Part shown: one piece after another, positions 38,436-48,580 of the stretch
Position numbering within the stretch: position 1 is the stretch's first letter
Layout: every line of letters starts with the position of its first letter
Assembly (NCBI GenBank): GCA_050253415.1
Contig: JBFWJC010000001.1
Coordinates: 544,001-608,000, forward strand
Direction: 5' to 3'
Source: Pedobacter sp.
GTDB lineage: Bacteria; Desulfobacterota; Desulfuromonadia; Desulfuromonadales; Syntrophotaleaceae
Length of the DNA: 64,000 nucleotides
Program-made: the position numbers and the translations under genes
The notes under the pieces: generated by a model
The model's input: only the letters and a program-made list of their open reading frames with translations
Database searches by the model: none
Told to the model about the DNA's origin: nothing

Positions 38436-39071
38436 ATGGCGACCTCCAAAAAATGCCGACGCTGCCACCAAACGTTACCTTTGGAAAAATTCGTGGATAA
38501 CAATGGCGACTTGAATCCAAGGGGGCATTATTGTCAAACGTGCCACCTGAAAAGGGTTGAGCAGTGGCATCGTGCGGCGCTGAAAAAAGAAAAGTCCTAC
38601 ATAAAAAAATTCAAAATCGTCTATGGAGCTTACTGGCGACATTATGCTTCGCCGGAATATTTTCACACCATGTTAAAAGACGAGAGGGACTTTTGTCCCT
38701 ATTGCGGTATTAAATTCTGTGATGTTATCCCTAATCCGTTCAACGAATCACCGATGCATATGGACCATATGGACCCCCTGGACAAAGGGGGCGAGCATTC
38801 CATAAGGAATGTGGTTTTTTGCTGCGGCCCCTGCAACATCAAAAAGGGAAAGCGGTCGTTTCAACAGTGGTTGGAAATGCTGGAGCCGGAATACAGAGAA
38901 TTGGCCCGTGCCATCTACGGCGAAAAACATGGTCATCCACCTGAGGACTTTATCGAGGGATGCAGTACCGAGCGAGGCATGTACGATCTGGAGATTGCCC
39001 TCTTCCAGACCGAAGAAGAGCTTAAACGGAAATTCCCCAAACCAAAAGTAGACGGTCCCCCTTCCGGCTAA
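38436..39071 (+). CDS. HNH endonuclease with N-terminal Zn-finger
   Basis: CRRC...CQTC; CPYC...HMDHMDPLDKGGEHSIRNVVFCCGPCNIKKG. Confidence 0.88.
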   Translation: MATSKKCRRCHQTLPLEKFVDNNGDLNPRGHYCQTCHLKRVEQWHRAALKKEKSYIKKFKIVYGAYWRHYASPEYFHTMLKDERDFCPYCGIKFCDVIPNPFNESPMHMDHMDPLDKGGEHSIRNVVFCCGPCNIKKGKRSFQQWLEMLEPEYRELARAIYGEKHGHPPEDFIEGCSTERGMYDLEIALFQTEEELKRKFPKPKVDGPPSG

Positions 39072-39325
39072 CCATGCTGCAAAAGGAGCGCTGTCTTTGG
39101 ACCTCTCCCGCGGAACCTGTGAGCAGGGGTCGGTGTTGCTTTATGCCACTTACGCAGGCTTTTTTGACGAAAGTCTGACCTTTGATTCCTGTCTGAAACG
39201 GGTTCGCCTTCAAGGCCTGAAATGACTAAAAGCACAGGGCATCGGGATTTCGATGCGGAAAGCGATGCGAGTCAGAGAAAAAGCGGTGGTTGGAGTCCGA
39301 TTTAACAAAGTTTGGATCGTAAGAT

Positions 39326-39361
39326 AAAAAGCCCCCCGTTTGGAATAACGGGGGGCTTTTC
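39326..39361. terminator. Bidirectional terminator
   Basis: AAAAAGCCCCCCGTT...AACGGGGGGCTTTT between convergent genes. Confidence 0.8.
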
Positions 39362-39396
39362 GTATGAGAGCCTTAATTTTCGGATCTGCCCGGTTT

Positions 39397-40722
39397 TCAG
39401 TCGGCTTTGCGTGATGCTTTTGCCAGCAGAGGTGAAATCAGATAAGTGGCGGCGGCTGCAAAGGCGATGATCAGCGGTGCCAGATAGTGATCGCGGCGCA
39501 CGCCCAACGCGAGCATGAACAGAAACGCGCCGAGCACCAGGACCCTGACGATCTTGGGTATTTTGGGCAGAACGGCGCGGCCGAAGTGCGGGTAGGGAAC
39601 GCGGGAAACCATCAGCAGGGAAGTGGTGACGACGAGGAGTCCGCAAGCCAGCTGATTGGGAATCAATACGCAGGTGGTTCCTGCCATCAAGGCGCCAGCC
39701 GGTGACGGCAGGCCGGAAAAGGTCGACACGCCACCGAGCACCCCCTCCTTGCGTTTTTCAACAACGAAGCGGATCAACCGGTAGATGACGGCAGTAAGGT
39801 AGCCCCCCCCGATGAGGAGACCTAGCCAGAGGCTTGAAAAGGTGACCATGATAATCAGCCCCACGGTCAGGCCGAAACTGGTGCCGTCAGCCACATCGTC
39901 GAATATTTCACCTTGCGGGGTGGACCCCCAGCGTTCCGCCGCCCGACCATCGAACAGGTCGAGAAACTGGCCAAGGAACACCAGACCCAGGGCATAGACC
40001 GGTGGTCCGCCGCTGAGCACCACCCAGCAACCGGCAAGGCCGCATACCAGGTTGAGGATGCTGAGAATGTTGGCGTACCAGTAGTTGGGGATGACCTTGA
40101 AAAAGGTCGAGCAAAACGCCAGCCCGGTGCAGATGGCGAGCAACGGATAAATGGAGCGTCCCAACAGCGGCAGCGGACCGTAGATCCACTCCAGCCCGAC
40201 CACGATCAGCAGTACCACCACCATAAAGGTCTTGGCTTTGCCGAACAGGTTGGCGGATTTTACGGTAATGAAGCGCCGCGACACCTGTCCGGTAATGTCA
40301 AAGGCCAGAAACAACCCGACCAGCAGGGGGCTGAGAACGCCGTACCATGCCAGATAAATCAGCATGGGGGCATACATGAGTTTGTCGGAGAGGGGATCGA
40401 TCGTTGCGCCCTCTTCGGTATGCAGGTCGCACTTGCGTGCGATATCGCCATCGGTGATGTCGGTGATCATCCAGAAGGTGAAAAACAGAAAGCATAGCTG
40501 GGCATAACCCATGTGCAACAGGGCAACCGAAACAAAACCCATGGGGTAGCGTGCCCGGCTGATGGCGTTGGGATGTAACCATTTGTGCCGGCGCACCCAT
40601 TCGGTTTGTGCAGGGGTGCGAAGGAAATAGTAGACGGCGAAGCGTTCCAGTCCCAGCATGAGAAAAACGGGGATGGCAATTTCAAACAGAATAGAGCTGT
40701 AAGGTATCATGGCGCCTTGCAT
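39397..40722 (-). CDS. CDP-alcohol phosphatidyltransferase with two tandem catalytic domains
   Basis: DITDGDIARK...GATIDPLSDK and DLFDGRAAER...GEIFDDVADG...FSGLPSP. Confidence 0.88.
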   Translation of the reverse strand: MQGAMIPYSSILFEIAIPVFLMLGLERFAVYYFLRTPAQTEWVRRHKWLHPNAISRARYPMGFVSVALLHMGYAQLCFLFFTFWMITDITDGDIARKCDLHTEEGATIDPLSDKLMYAPMLIYLAWYGVLSPLLVGLFLAFDITGQVSRRFITVKSANLFGKAKTFMVVVLLIVVGLEWIYGPLPLLGRSIYPLLAICTGLAFCSTFFKVIPNYWYANILSILNLVCGLAGCWVVLSGGPPVYALGLVFLGQFLDLFDGRAAERWGSTPQGEIFDDVADGTSFGLTVGLIIMVTFSSLWLGLLIGGGYLTAVIYRLIRFVVEKRKEGVLGGVSTFSGLPSPAGALMAGTTCVLIPNQLACGLLVVTTSLLMVSRVPYPHFGRAVLPKIPKIVRVLVLGAFLFMLALGVRRDHYLAPLIIAFAAAATYLISPLLAKASRKAD

Positions 40723-40934
40723 CGCTAGAGGAATAAAAAATCGGGGTCAACGTTTTCCGGTGCAGTTATATATAACATTCTTGAGCCCGATAGCGGAGCT
40801 GAAAATTTTTTCGCCGGAAAACGGATCTTCGGCAACGGTGGTTTGTGCGGCCGGAATGGACGGTTGGTGACCACTGCCATTATCAAATATCAGAAGCGGA
40901 TATGCCATGGGTGGGGTGCCGGGCGAATGAGAAA

Positions 40935-40968
40935 CAGGCCCGCGTGCAGTTGCGGCACGCGGGCCTGA
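40935..40968 (-). terminator. Hairpin downstream of the NlpC/P60 gene
   Basis: CAGGCCCGCGTGC-N7-GCACGCGGGCCTG. Confidence 0.55.
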
Positions 40969-41021
40969 TAGTGGAAAGCCGGGGCTGGAATCGTGTTGCA
41001 TCGAGCCTGCCCCCAATCTGG

Positions 41022-41957
41022 CTATTCGCCTAGCAGGAGTCTGCGGGCGCCCAAAAATTTCCTGCGCAGGGAACCCTCTTCCATACTCGAAATCCGTATT
41101 TTATCTTTGGCGCGCGGCGCATGAATGATCTTGCCGTCGCCGAGGTAGATGCCGACATGGTTAACGCGTTTGTTGGTCCCGAAAAAGACCATGTCGCCAA
41201 CGGCAAGTTCATCGCTTTTGACCGGTTGGCCATGGCGATACTGTTCGGCCGAGGTGCGCGGCAGGTTGATGCCGCACAGGGCATAGACGGTTTTGACAAA
41301 GCCGCTGCAGTCCATGCCTTTTTCGACGGACATGCCGCCCCAGCGATATTTCACGCCGATAAAGTCGAGGGCTATCTGGGCGGCCCGGAAACCCGGCGGG
41401 TGCGGTGCCATAGGCTGGTTTGCCATGGCCTCAAACGCGGCCAACATTTGGGCTTTCGTTGAGGTTTTTACCGTTACTTCTTCCCGTTTGTCCTTTGCAG
41501 GGGGAGCCGGAATTTCAGTGGTTTCCACGACTAATGCGGAGTCGGTAGATGCCGTTTCCATGGCGGCCGGCAGCTCTTCCTGCACCTGCGGTGTTTCAGC
41601 GGTAACGCTTTCTTCCGGGGGTGCGGTGGTGTCGGCCGGTTCGGGAGCGTTGGTTGCCACAACCAGAAAGCTGCCGATGATATGCTCAGCCTTCAGCCGG
41701 GCACCTTCTTTCTTGGCTTCCAGGCGGGAACCGTGGTTGCCTGCCCTTACCACAAACAGGCCCTTCTGGTTGGTGGTGACGTAGGCGTCGAGGCCCTTGT
41801 CCTTAAGCAGCGAGGCGGCTTGTTCAGCACCGGATTGGCGAGCGTAGGCGGAAAGCTGGAGTGCGTATGCCTTGGGGGCGGCCGCAGGGTCCGGGGCGGC
41901 GAGGGAAGCCGTCGCCGACAGGCAGAAAAGGGCCACCCAGAAAAGCATTTTCTTCAT
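41022..41957 (-). CDS. SPOR-domain NlpC/P60 (C40) peptidoglycan peptidase
   Basis: Signal peptide; SPOR-like YALQLSAY...VVRAG; GVKYRWGG, DCSGFV, LPRTS, HVGIY, IHAP. Confidence 0.9.
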   Translation of the reverse strand: MKKMLFWVALFCLSATASLAAPDPAAAPKAYALQLSAYARQSGAEQAASLLKDKGLDAYVTTNQKGLFVVRAGNHGSRLEAKKEGARLKAEHIIGSFLVVATNAPEPADTTAPPEESVTAETPQVQEELPAAMETASTDSALVVETTEIPAPPAKDKREEVTVKTSTKAQMLAAFEAMANQPMAPHPPGFRAAQIALDFIGVKYRWGGMSVEKGMDCSGFVKTVYALCGINLPRTSAEQYRHGQPVKSDELAVGDMVFFGTNKRVNHVGIYLGDGKIIHAPRAKDKIRISSMEEGSLRRKFLGARRLLLGE

Positions 41958-42304
41958 ATATGGAATCCTGATCAGATTATGTCGGGCGCTTCGCCAGTTT
42001 TTTCGCAGGATTGTCCCGGATATTTAATGGCTAAGTTTTTCGGAATTCTCCTCTTTTTATAGAAAACTTTCCAAAAAGTCATCTTAAAAATACAGGGTCT
42101 GATTCCGGTGCGGTATTCTGGAGAAGATCCCTATCGCCTCGTGCAACTTCCGGAGGTTGTGGCTCGATAAAATCCATTTCGTTCAGCATTAAGATCCTTA
42201 TCGTAGCGCTTGTTTTTTTGCCCGCAAGGCGCTTGGCGTGGCAGGCGGTCTGGCGTTACAATGATGGAGTGAGGTGGATGTGACTTGGGCGAAAGGGCAT
42301 CACT

Positions 42305-43000
42305 ATGAAACGGCAGACTGTATGGCTGGCGGCAGTGTGGTCTCTGGGTTTTCCGATAATCATGGCCTCAGAGGTACGGGGCGCGATGCCTGCTGCCGCG
42401 ATATCCCCGGCGGAAGCCGTATTGACGGTAAAAAACGATACTCTGTTTGCCCTGATTGCAGAACCGGAATATCATCTGAATCTGGCGCGTACTTATCTGC
42501 AGGCAGGGCAGGGTGTTGATGCGTCTCGCGCGCTTGAAGCGGTGCAGGCTTTCGTCTGGCTTGAAAGAGCAAGGGCGGCCCAGCCTGCAATGGATATGTT
42601 GATCGATGCCACGATCGATTTGGATAAACTGGCGCGCGACAGTGCTCGGGGAGCGGTAACCGTTCCGCAATTGGCCGATGTCGCCCGCCTGACGCATCTG
42701 GCGCTGGCGGCTCATTATCAGCAGATGGCGCAAGATGCCTGGGCGCAGAAGGCCTGGCAGGTTACGGGGCAGCATTTGCACGCCGCAGAATTGCATATAC
42801 GGCAGGGGATGGCGTGGGGTGGACCGACTTTAACGGATCAGCAGCAGGTAATTCTTAAGGAAAATGCGGTGTTGGCTGATGCCTTAATGGACGGGCCCGG
42901 TTGTGGGAACAGCTGGGCAGAAGATGCCGCGGGACCCCAGATAACTGCTATGGGGCATTTAATGGATACTTTGAAGCCGTCGACTGCTGTGATGCCGTAA
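42305..43000 (+). CDS. Exported helical protein (possibly YfdX-like)
   Basis: N-terminal signal-like segment; Ala-rich helical repeats. Confidence 0.55.
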   Translation: MKRQTVWLAAVWSLGFPIIMASEVRGAMPAAAISPAEAVLTVKNDTLFALIAEPEYHLNLARTYLQAGQGVDASRALEAVQAFVWLERARAAQPAMDMLIDATIDLDKLARDSARGAVTVPQLADVARLTHLALAAHYQQMAQDAWAQKAWQVTGQHLHAAELHIRQGMAWGGPTLTDQQQVILKENAVLADALMDGPGCGNSWAEDAAGPQITAMGHLMDTLKPSTAVMP

Positions 43001-43048
43001 AAATTATTTATGTTTTTTACATAGACCATTTTATGACAGGGGGGGTGC

Positions 43049-43396
43049 TTGACGCTTTCGGAATTTGAGATCAGAAGGATTGAAAAACTGTTTAAAAGCT
43101 TTTGCGACAGGCGTGTTCCGGAGCGATTACGCGAGCAGATTCGTGTTGAGTTCCGGGTTCGTGATGATGCTGTGGAGTTGTTTGAAAGCCGTCCGCTTTA
43201 CAACGATCCTTCCACGTGGGTTTCTACCCGGATAGCCCGGTTCAAGAAGACTTCCCGAAATGGCAGCTGGATAGTGTACTGGGCCGATCGCAACGCCCAG
43301 TGGAAACGCTATGAACCCTGTGTGCCCCACCGGGATATCGAAGCTTTGCTGCAGGTGGTGGAAGAAGATGCGATAGGGACTTTCTGGGGGGGCTAA
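43049..43396 (+). CDS. DUF3024 family protein
   Basis: RVP...IRVE...LFESRP...IARFK...W.VYWADRN..W..Y...D..GTFWG. Confidence 0.85.
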   Translation: MTLSEFEIRRIEKLFKSFCDRRVPERLREQIRVEFRVRDDAVELFESRPLYNDPSTWVSTRIARFKKTSRNGSWIVYWADRNAQWKRYEPCVPHRDIEALLQVVEEDAIGTFWGG

Positions 43397-43433
43397 ACCT
43401 GTCCATGAGTGGCACATCGCTGATGCAAAAAAA

Positions 43434-43467
43434 ACAAGAAAAGCCCGCATATGCGGGCTTTTCTTGT
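43434..43467. terminator. Bidirectional terminator (perfect palindrome)
   Basis: ACAAGAAAAGCCCGCATATGCGGGCTTTTCTTGT. Confidence 0.8.
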
Positions 43468-43491
43468 ATGGGATGTCCGATGATGGGTTTG

Positions 43492-43806
43492 TTAATTCTT
43501 ATCGAGCAGTTTGACCACCAGCAGTCGTACCGGTGCGGTGCCGGTATTTTTCCACCCGCGCTGGGTGCCGGTGGGGATGGCGATAAGGCGGTCGGCGGCA
43601 ACCTGCTGGACCTGGTCTTCGATGGTCAGTTCGCCCTGACCTTCAAGCACATAGAACAGCACGTCGAAGGGATTGTCGTGAGGAGGCACGCCTTCGCCGG
43701 GTTGCAGCAAAATATGTATGACTTCGATGGGGCCTTCGCTGTGCATGATGCGGGCGTCGAAGGGGACCGGTACCTTCGGGGCCGATTCCAGCTTTATGAT
43801 ATTCAT
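43492..43806 (-). CDS. Cupin domain protein
   Basis: LQPGEGVPPH...FYVLEGQG...IP.G..RGWKN. Confidence 0.85.
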   Translation of the reverse strand: MNIIKLESAPKVPVPFDARIMHSEGPIEVIHILLQPGEGVPPHDNPFDVLFYVLEGQGELTIEDQVQQVAADRLIAIPTGTQRGWKNTGTAPVRLLVVKLLDKN

Positions 43807-43903
43807 GGCTGTGTCCTTTGTGAAAAATCAGCTGACAAGCCGGAAAAAAAGGGCGGGGCGCGGAGGGTATGCCCCACCCAGAGGAGGCTTGTCGATTATG
43901 TTT

Positions 43904-45535
43904 TTATCCGAGTATCGCCTTGAGGTCTTCGTCGGGGGTCGTGATCGGGGCGATGTTGAAGTTTTCGACCAGGTAATTCAGCACGTTCGGCGTGACGAAG
44001 GCCGGCAGGCTGGGTCCGAGCTTGATGTTCTGGATCCCAAGGAACAGCAAGGTCAGCAGGATAACGACGGCCTTCTGCTCGTACCAGGACAGGATCATCG
44101 ACAACGGCAGATCGTTAACCCCGCACTCGAAGGCCTCGGCCAGCGCTACCGCGATCTGAATGGCGCTGTAGGCATCGTTGCATTGGCCGATGTCGAGCAG
44201 GCGCGGGATGCCGCCGATATCACCGAACTCCAGCTTGTTGAAGCGGTACTTGCCGCAGGCCAGGGTCAGGATGACGCAGTCCTCGGGGACCTTTTCGGCG
44301 AATTCGGTGTAGTAATTGCGGCCCGGCTTGGCGCCGTCGCAGCCGCCGATCAGGAAGAAATGCTTCACCGCTCCGTCCTTGACCGCTTCGATAACCTTGT
44401 CGGCCACACCCAGCACCGCATTGTGGCCGAAGCCGACCAGGATGTTCTGACCCGGGGCCTCGGGCAGTTCTGGCAGGGTCAGGGCCTTGTCGATGACCGC
44501 AGAGAAATCCCATCCATCCACATGTTTGACCCCGGGCCAGGCCACGCAACCCCAGGTGAAGGTGCGGTCCTTGTAGGATTCGGCCGGTTTTTGGATGCAG
44601 TTGGTATTGAAAATGATGGCCCCGGGGAACTCGGGAAATTCCTTGTGCTGGTTCTGCCAGGCGCTGCCGAAGTTGCCGGCCAGGTGCGCATATTTTTTCA
44701 ATCCGGGATAGGCGTGAGCCGGCAGCATTTCGCCGTGGGTGTAAATATTAATGCCCTTACCCTCGGTTTGTTTGAGCAATTCTTCAAGCATTTTCATGTC
44801 GTGGCCGGAAACCAGGATCCCCTTGCCGGCACGGGTGCCGAGGTTGACCTGGGTGGGGACCGGGTGGCCGTAATGTTCCACATGCCCTTCATTGAGCAGC
44901 GCCATCACGGTCAAGTTGTGTTTGCCGCATTCCATGGCCAGTTCGACAAAGTCGCCCAGTCCAAGGGTCTTGTCGGTGGTGGCGTGCAGGGCGCGGTGGA
45001 AAAATTCAAACACCTCGTCGTTGGTCTTGCCGAGAATCTCGGCATGTTCGGCATAGGCGGCCATGCCTTTGAGGCCATAGATAAGAATCTCTACCACCGA
45101 GCGCACGTCGGGATCGGTATGCAATTGCTCGATGCCGTATTGAACCCCTTGCGCCACCGGGTCTGTGGACAGGGTCCATGCGGGCTGGTCGGTTTCAAAG
45201 GAGCGTGCCTTGATGCTGTTAAGGTCGCTAAAGGCCTTTTCGTAAAGTAAGCGAGCTTGTTCCTTGAGCGTGTAGCAGCGTTGCAGAATCTCTTTGAGTC
45301 GGTCTGCATCGAAGTCAACGTTGGTTACCGTGGCAAACAGACCCTCCAACACGAAATGGTCGAGGGCTTTGTCGGTGGCCCCGAGCTGGCGTGCCTTGTG
45401 GGCGTAGAAGGACAGGCTTTGCAATCCGTATAGTAAGTGATCCTGCAGGCTGGCGACCTCCGGTTGCTTGCCGCATACGCCGGCTGCGCTGCAACCGGTG
45501 CCTTTTGCCGTTTGTTCACATTGATGACAGAACAT
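43904..45535 (-). CDS. hcp: Hybrid cluster protein (hydroxylamine reductase)
   Basis: MFCHQCEQT...C...GVCGK, THGEMLPAHAYP, GGCDG, ACGKY, GQCND, SWYEQKA. Confidence 0.97.
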   Translation of the reverse strand: MFCHQCEQTAKGTGCSAAGVCGKQPEVASLQDHLLYGLQSLSFYAHKARQLGATDKALDHFVLEGLFATVTNVDFDADRLKEILQRCYTLKEQARLLYEKAFSDLNSIKARSFETDQPAWTLSTDPVAQGVQYGIEQLHTDPDVRSVVEILIYGLKGMAAYAEHAEILGKTNDEVFEFFHRALHATTDKTLGLGDFVELAMECGKHNLTVMALLNEGHVEHYGHPVPTQVNLGTRAGKGILVSGHDMKMLEELLKQTEGKGINIYTHGEMLPAHAYPGLKKYAHLAGNFGSAWQNQHKEFPEFPGAIIFNTNCIQKPAESYKDRTFTWGCVAWPGVKHVDGWDFSAVIDKALTLPELPEAPGQNILVGFGHNAVLGVADKVIEAVKDGAVKHFFLIGGCDGAKPGRNYYTEFAEKVPEDCVILTLACGKYRFNKLEFGDIGGIPRLLDIGQCNDAYSAIQIAVALAEAFECGVNDLPLSMILSWYEQKAVVILLTLLFLGIQNIKLGPSLPAFVTPNVLNYLVENFNIAPITTPDEDLKAILG

Positions 45536-45659
45536 GGGTTCCTCCTCGGTAAGTTTGTTTTTACCCAGCACCGCAGGGCCAAAACAGCTTGTAAATGGTA
45601 AAAGTTTTCGTGTTTCCTCTTCGTGAATATCACCTTACTGTAAAGAGGGAAGGGAAGGC

Positions 45660-45673
45660 TTGACGAGGATCAA
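45660..45673 (-). promoter_or_regulatory. HcpR/FNR-type binding site upstream of hcp
   Basis: TTGAC-GAGG-ATCAA about 125 bp upstream of the hcp start; fits the CRP/FNR-family TTGAY-N4-RTCAA box. Confidence 0.7.
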
Positions 45674-45768
45674 GTTTTTGATTGTTTTTACTTTTATGGC
45701 AAAAAACATTGAAAAATCAGTAGTGTAGAAATTTGTGACAAAAAAGACCAAAGAAGTAATAATTTTAG

Positions 45769-45797
45769 TTGACACAAAATACCAAATGCAATAAATT
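45769..45797 (+). promoter_or_regulatory. Sigma70 promoter of perR-rbr
   Basis: TTGACA-N17-TAAATT upstream of the Fur-family gene. Confidence 0.65.
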
Positions 45798-45821
45798 ACC
45801 ATCCAACCAGATGAGGTGGCG

Positions 45822-46271
45822 ATGTCAGACCAGAAGAAACAACAGCAGCTCAAAGAAGTGTGCAGATCCCGGGGTGTCAGTCTGACGCCTCAGCGTCAGG
45901 CGATTATGCGGGCATTGGCTGTCCGTGGAGATCACCCCACAGCTGACCAACTGTACGATGACCTCAGTTGCCAAATGCCGGGTATGTCCCGCACTACTGT
46001 GTACCGGGTTCTTGAAACCTTCGTAAAGCTCGGTCTGGTACGCAAGGTAGACAGTCGTGCATCCAAGGCTCATTTCGATGCCGATGTCACTTTGCATCCC
46101 CATCTGGTCTGCCTGGGCTGCGGCATGGTTTGTGATTTTGAGGACAGGGGGTTCGGTGTTCTGCATCCGCCCGCTATGACCGACGACGGTTTTGAAATTG
46201 TCGATTACGCGGTCACTCTGGTCGGGTACTGCAGACAGTGCCGTCATCACCAAAAAATCCCATCCGATTGA
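45822..46271 (+). CDS. perR: Fur-family regulator, probably PerR
   Basis: LTPQR, HPTAD, SRTTVYRVL, HPHLVCLGCG, GYCRQC; directly upstream of rubrerythrin. Confidence 0.8.
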   Translation: MSDQKKQQQLKEVCRSRGVSLTPQRQAIMRALAVRGDHPTADQLYDDLSCQMPGMSRTTVYRVLETFVKLGLVRKVDSRASKAHFDADVTLHPHLVCLGCGMVCDFEDRGFGVLHPPAMTDDGFEIVDYAVTLVGYCRQCRHHQKIPSD

Positions 46272-46354
46272 CCCTGTAAATAAAAATGGTGGTCCGCAGA
46301 TTTTAAATGTCTGCATGAAAATAATCTTTTAATGTTAGAAGAGAGGGAGTTATA

Positions 46355-46891
46355 ATGTCCGAATTGAAAGGCACCAAGACCGAGAAGAACCTGTTGGAAG
46401 CTTTTGCCGGCGAGTCCATGGCCCGCAACAAGTACAGCTACTTTGCTTCGGTGGCCAAAAAAGAGGGTTTCGAGCAGATTGCCGCGATTTTTCAGGAAAC
46501 TGCAGACAACGAAAAAGAGCATGCTAAACTGCACTTTAAGGCTCTTCAGGGTATCGGCAGCACCATGGACAACCTGAAAGCTGCTGCTGCCGGTGAACAC
46601 GAAGAATGGACCGATATGTATCCCCGCATGGCTCAGGAAGCCCGCGAAGAGGGCTTCGACGATCTGGCCCGCATGTTTGAAAATATAGCTCGCATCGAAA
46701 AAGCCCACCAGGAACGCTATGAGCGGATTCTCAAGGCTGTTGAAGCCGGGACTATTTTTAACCGTACGGACGAACGCCTGTGGAAATGTCGCAACTGTGG
46801 ACATCTGCTCAATGCCAAAGCAGCCCCGGCCATCTGTCCGGTTTGCGATCATCCCAAGGCTTATTTTGAGATCGAGGTCGATACTTTTTGA
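46355..46891 (+). CDS. rbr: Rubrerythrin
   Basis: AFAGESMARNKY, NEKEHA, EKAHQERY, CRNCG, CPVCDHP. Confidence 0.95.
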   Translation: MSELKGTKTEKNLLEAFAGESMARNKYSYFASVAKKEGFEQIAAIFQETADNEKEHAKLHFKALQGIGSTMDNLKAAAAGEHEEWTDMYPRMAQEAREEGFDDLARMFENIARIEKAHQERYERILKAVEAGTIFNRTDERLWKCRNCGHLLNAKAAPAICPVCDHPKAYFEIEVDTF

Positions 46892-46981
46892 TGGTGATTA
46901 AAGGTCTCCCCGGATAAATCGGGGAGACCGCCAGCAACAGAATTTTTGCCCGGTCCCTTTCAACCTCAGGAGGAAGCAACC

Positions 46982-47143
46982 ATGGAAAAGTATGTATGTG
47001 AAATTTGCGGTTATGTGTATGACCCCGCAGTGGGTGACCCTGACAATGGCGTAGCCGCAGGTACCGCTTTTGCGGATGTGTCCGAAGATTGGGTCTGCCC
47101 CATATGCGGTGCGGCCAAAGATATGTTTGCTTTAGAAGCCTAG
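46982..47143 (+). CDS. rub: Rubredoxin
   Basis: [12 protein letters not shown]...WVCPICGA. Confidence 0.95.
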   Translation: MEKYVCEICGYVYDPAVGDPDNGVAAGTAFADVSEDWVCPICGAAKDMFALEA

Positions 47144-47332
47144 TCGTATGTAGGGCGGTTCCGGTCTGCGCCCGCCGGCCGGAACCCATTTATAACCAAC
47201 ACCGAATGGGCCACCGGGTCCGCTCAGGATAAAAAAATCACATCCGGCACAGACAGGTCGCCTGTCTGAGGTCGTTTTTTTATATGCTCCGCCGAAGGTC
47301 GTGATGTGTCATTTGAAAGGAATAAATTGCAT

Positions 47333-48520
47333 ATGATACCGAAAAGATTAGCTGAAGGTGTTTACGAAGTCGGTGCCATAGATTGGAATGTGCGGGATTT
47401 TCATGGCTATTCGACGGATTTGGGATCGACCTATAATGCCTATTTGATTATCGATGAGAAGATCACTCTGATCGACACGGTCAAAAAAGAATTCACCGAC
47501 CAGTTGCTGGAAAAGATTGCCCAGATTGTCGATCCCTCCAAGATCGATATCGTTATCAGCAATCATACCGAAATGGACCACTCGGGCGGTTTGCCGACGG
47601 TCATGGAAATTATCGGCAAAGATAAGCCTATTTACTGCTCCAAGATGGGTTTTAAAAACCTCAGCCAACATTTCCCGACCGGATTAAACTTGCGTGAAGT
47701 GAAGGACGGAGAAGAACTGAGCCTGGGGCGGCGGACTCTGCAGTTTCTTGAAACCCGCATGGTCCATTGGCCGGACAGTATGTTCACCTATCTCAAGGAA
47801 GATCAGATCCTGTTTTCCAGCGACGGGTTTGGGCAACATTATGCCGGGCCGGAACGTTTCGATGACGAGATCGACGATGCCATCATGTGGCACGCCAAGA
47901 AATATTTTGCCAATATCCTCTGGCCGTTTGCCCCCCTGATCCAGAAGCTTATGGACAAAATCATCAAGATGGAGTTGCCCATCAAGATGATCTGCCCCGA
48001 CCACGGCATTATCTGGCGCAAGGATCCGGCTAAAATCATCAACACCTACGTCGAATGGTGCAAGCAGCAGCCTCAGGATACCGCATTGGTGATTTACGAT
48101 ACCATGTGGCACAGCACCGAAGCTATGGCCGAGCAGATCGTTGCCGGTTTGTGGGAAGTGGGAGTGAAGGCGCAACCGATGCATGCACGCACTGTGCATC
48201 GCAGCGATATCGTTACCGCAGCCTTCGACACCAAGGCCTTGATCGTTGGTTCTCCGACCCTCAATAACGGGATTTTCCCGACTCTTGCGGATGTGTTGAC
48301 TTATCTGAAGGGTCTCAAACCCAAGAACAAACTGGGCGCGACCTTCGGTTCCTACGGGTGGAGTGGCGAAGCTCCCAAGATGGTGCATGAGTTACTCACC
48401 GAGATGGATGTGCAGATGGTCGAGGAGCCTCTGCGGGTTCAGTTTATCCCGGAGAAGGATTCTCTTGAGGCCTGTCGTGAGTTTGGACGTCGCATCGGGC
48501 GGATCATAAAACAAGATTGA
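47333..48520 (+). CDS. fprA: Flavodiiron protein (FprA/ROO/NorV type)
   Basis: TYNAYLI, NHTEMDHSG, HWPDSM, SSDGFGQH, PDHG, flavodoxin YDTMWHST, FGSYGWSG. Confidence 0.93.
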   Translation: MIPKRLAEGVYEVGAIDWNVRDFHGYSTDLGSTYNAYLIIDEKITLIDTVKKEFTDQLLEKIAQIVDPSKIDIVISNHTEMDHSGGLPTVMEIIGKDKPIYCSKMGFKNLSQHFPTGLNLREVKDGEELSLGRRTLQFLETRMVHWPDSMFTYLKEDQILFSSDGFGQHYAGPERFDDEIDDAIMWHAKKYFANILWPFAPLIQKLMDKIIKMELPIKMICPDHGIIWRKDPAKIINTYVEWCKQQPQDTALVIYDTMWHSTEAMAEQIVAGLWEVGVKAQPMHARTVHRSDIVTAAFDTKALIVGSPTLNNGIFPTLADVLTYLKGLKPKNKLGATFGSYGWSGEAPKMVHELLTEMDVQMVEEPLRVQFIPEKDSLEACREFGRRIGRIIKQD

Positions 48521-48547
48521 GAATGATGTTATTTTAGAGGCTATTGA

Positions 48548-48580
48548 AGGGCCGCTCCCCGGGAGCGGCCCTTTGTTTTT
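48548..48580 (+). terminator. Intrinsic terminator
   Basis: AAGGGCCGCTCC-CCG-GGAGCGGCCCTTTGTTTT. Confidence 0.75.

Noticed and set aside
41960..42300. c-di-AMP or c-di-GMP riboswitch upstream of NlpC/P60
   Set aside because: Conserved aptamer motifs are not visible
43718..45250. 510-aa plus-strand ORF
   Set aside because: Antisense shadow of hcp
45750..45800. PerR box
   Set aside because: AT-rich near-palindromes are present but too degenerate to call
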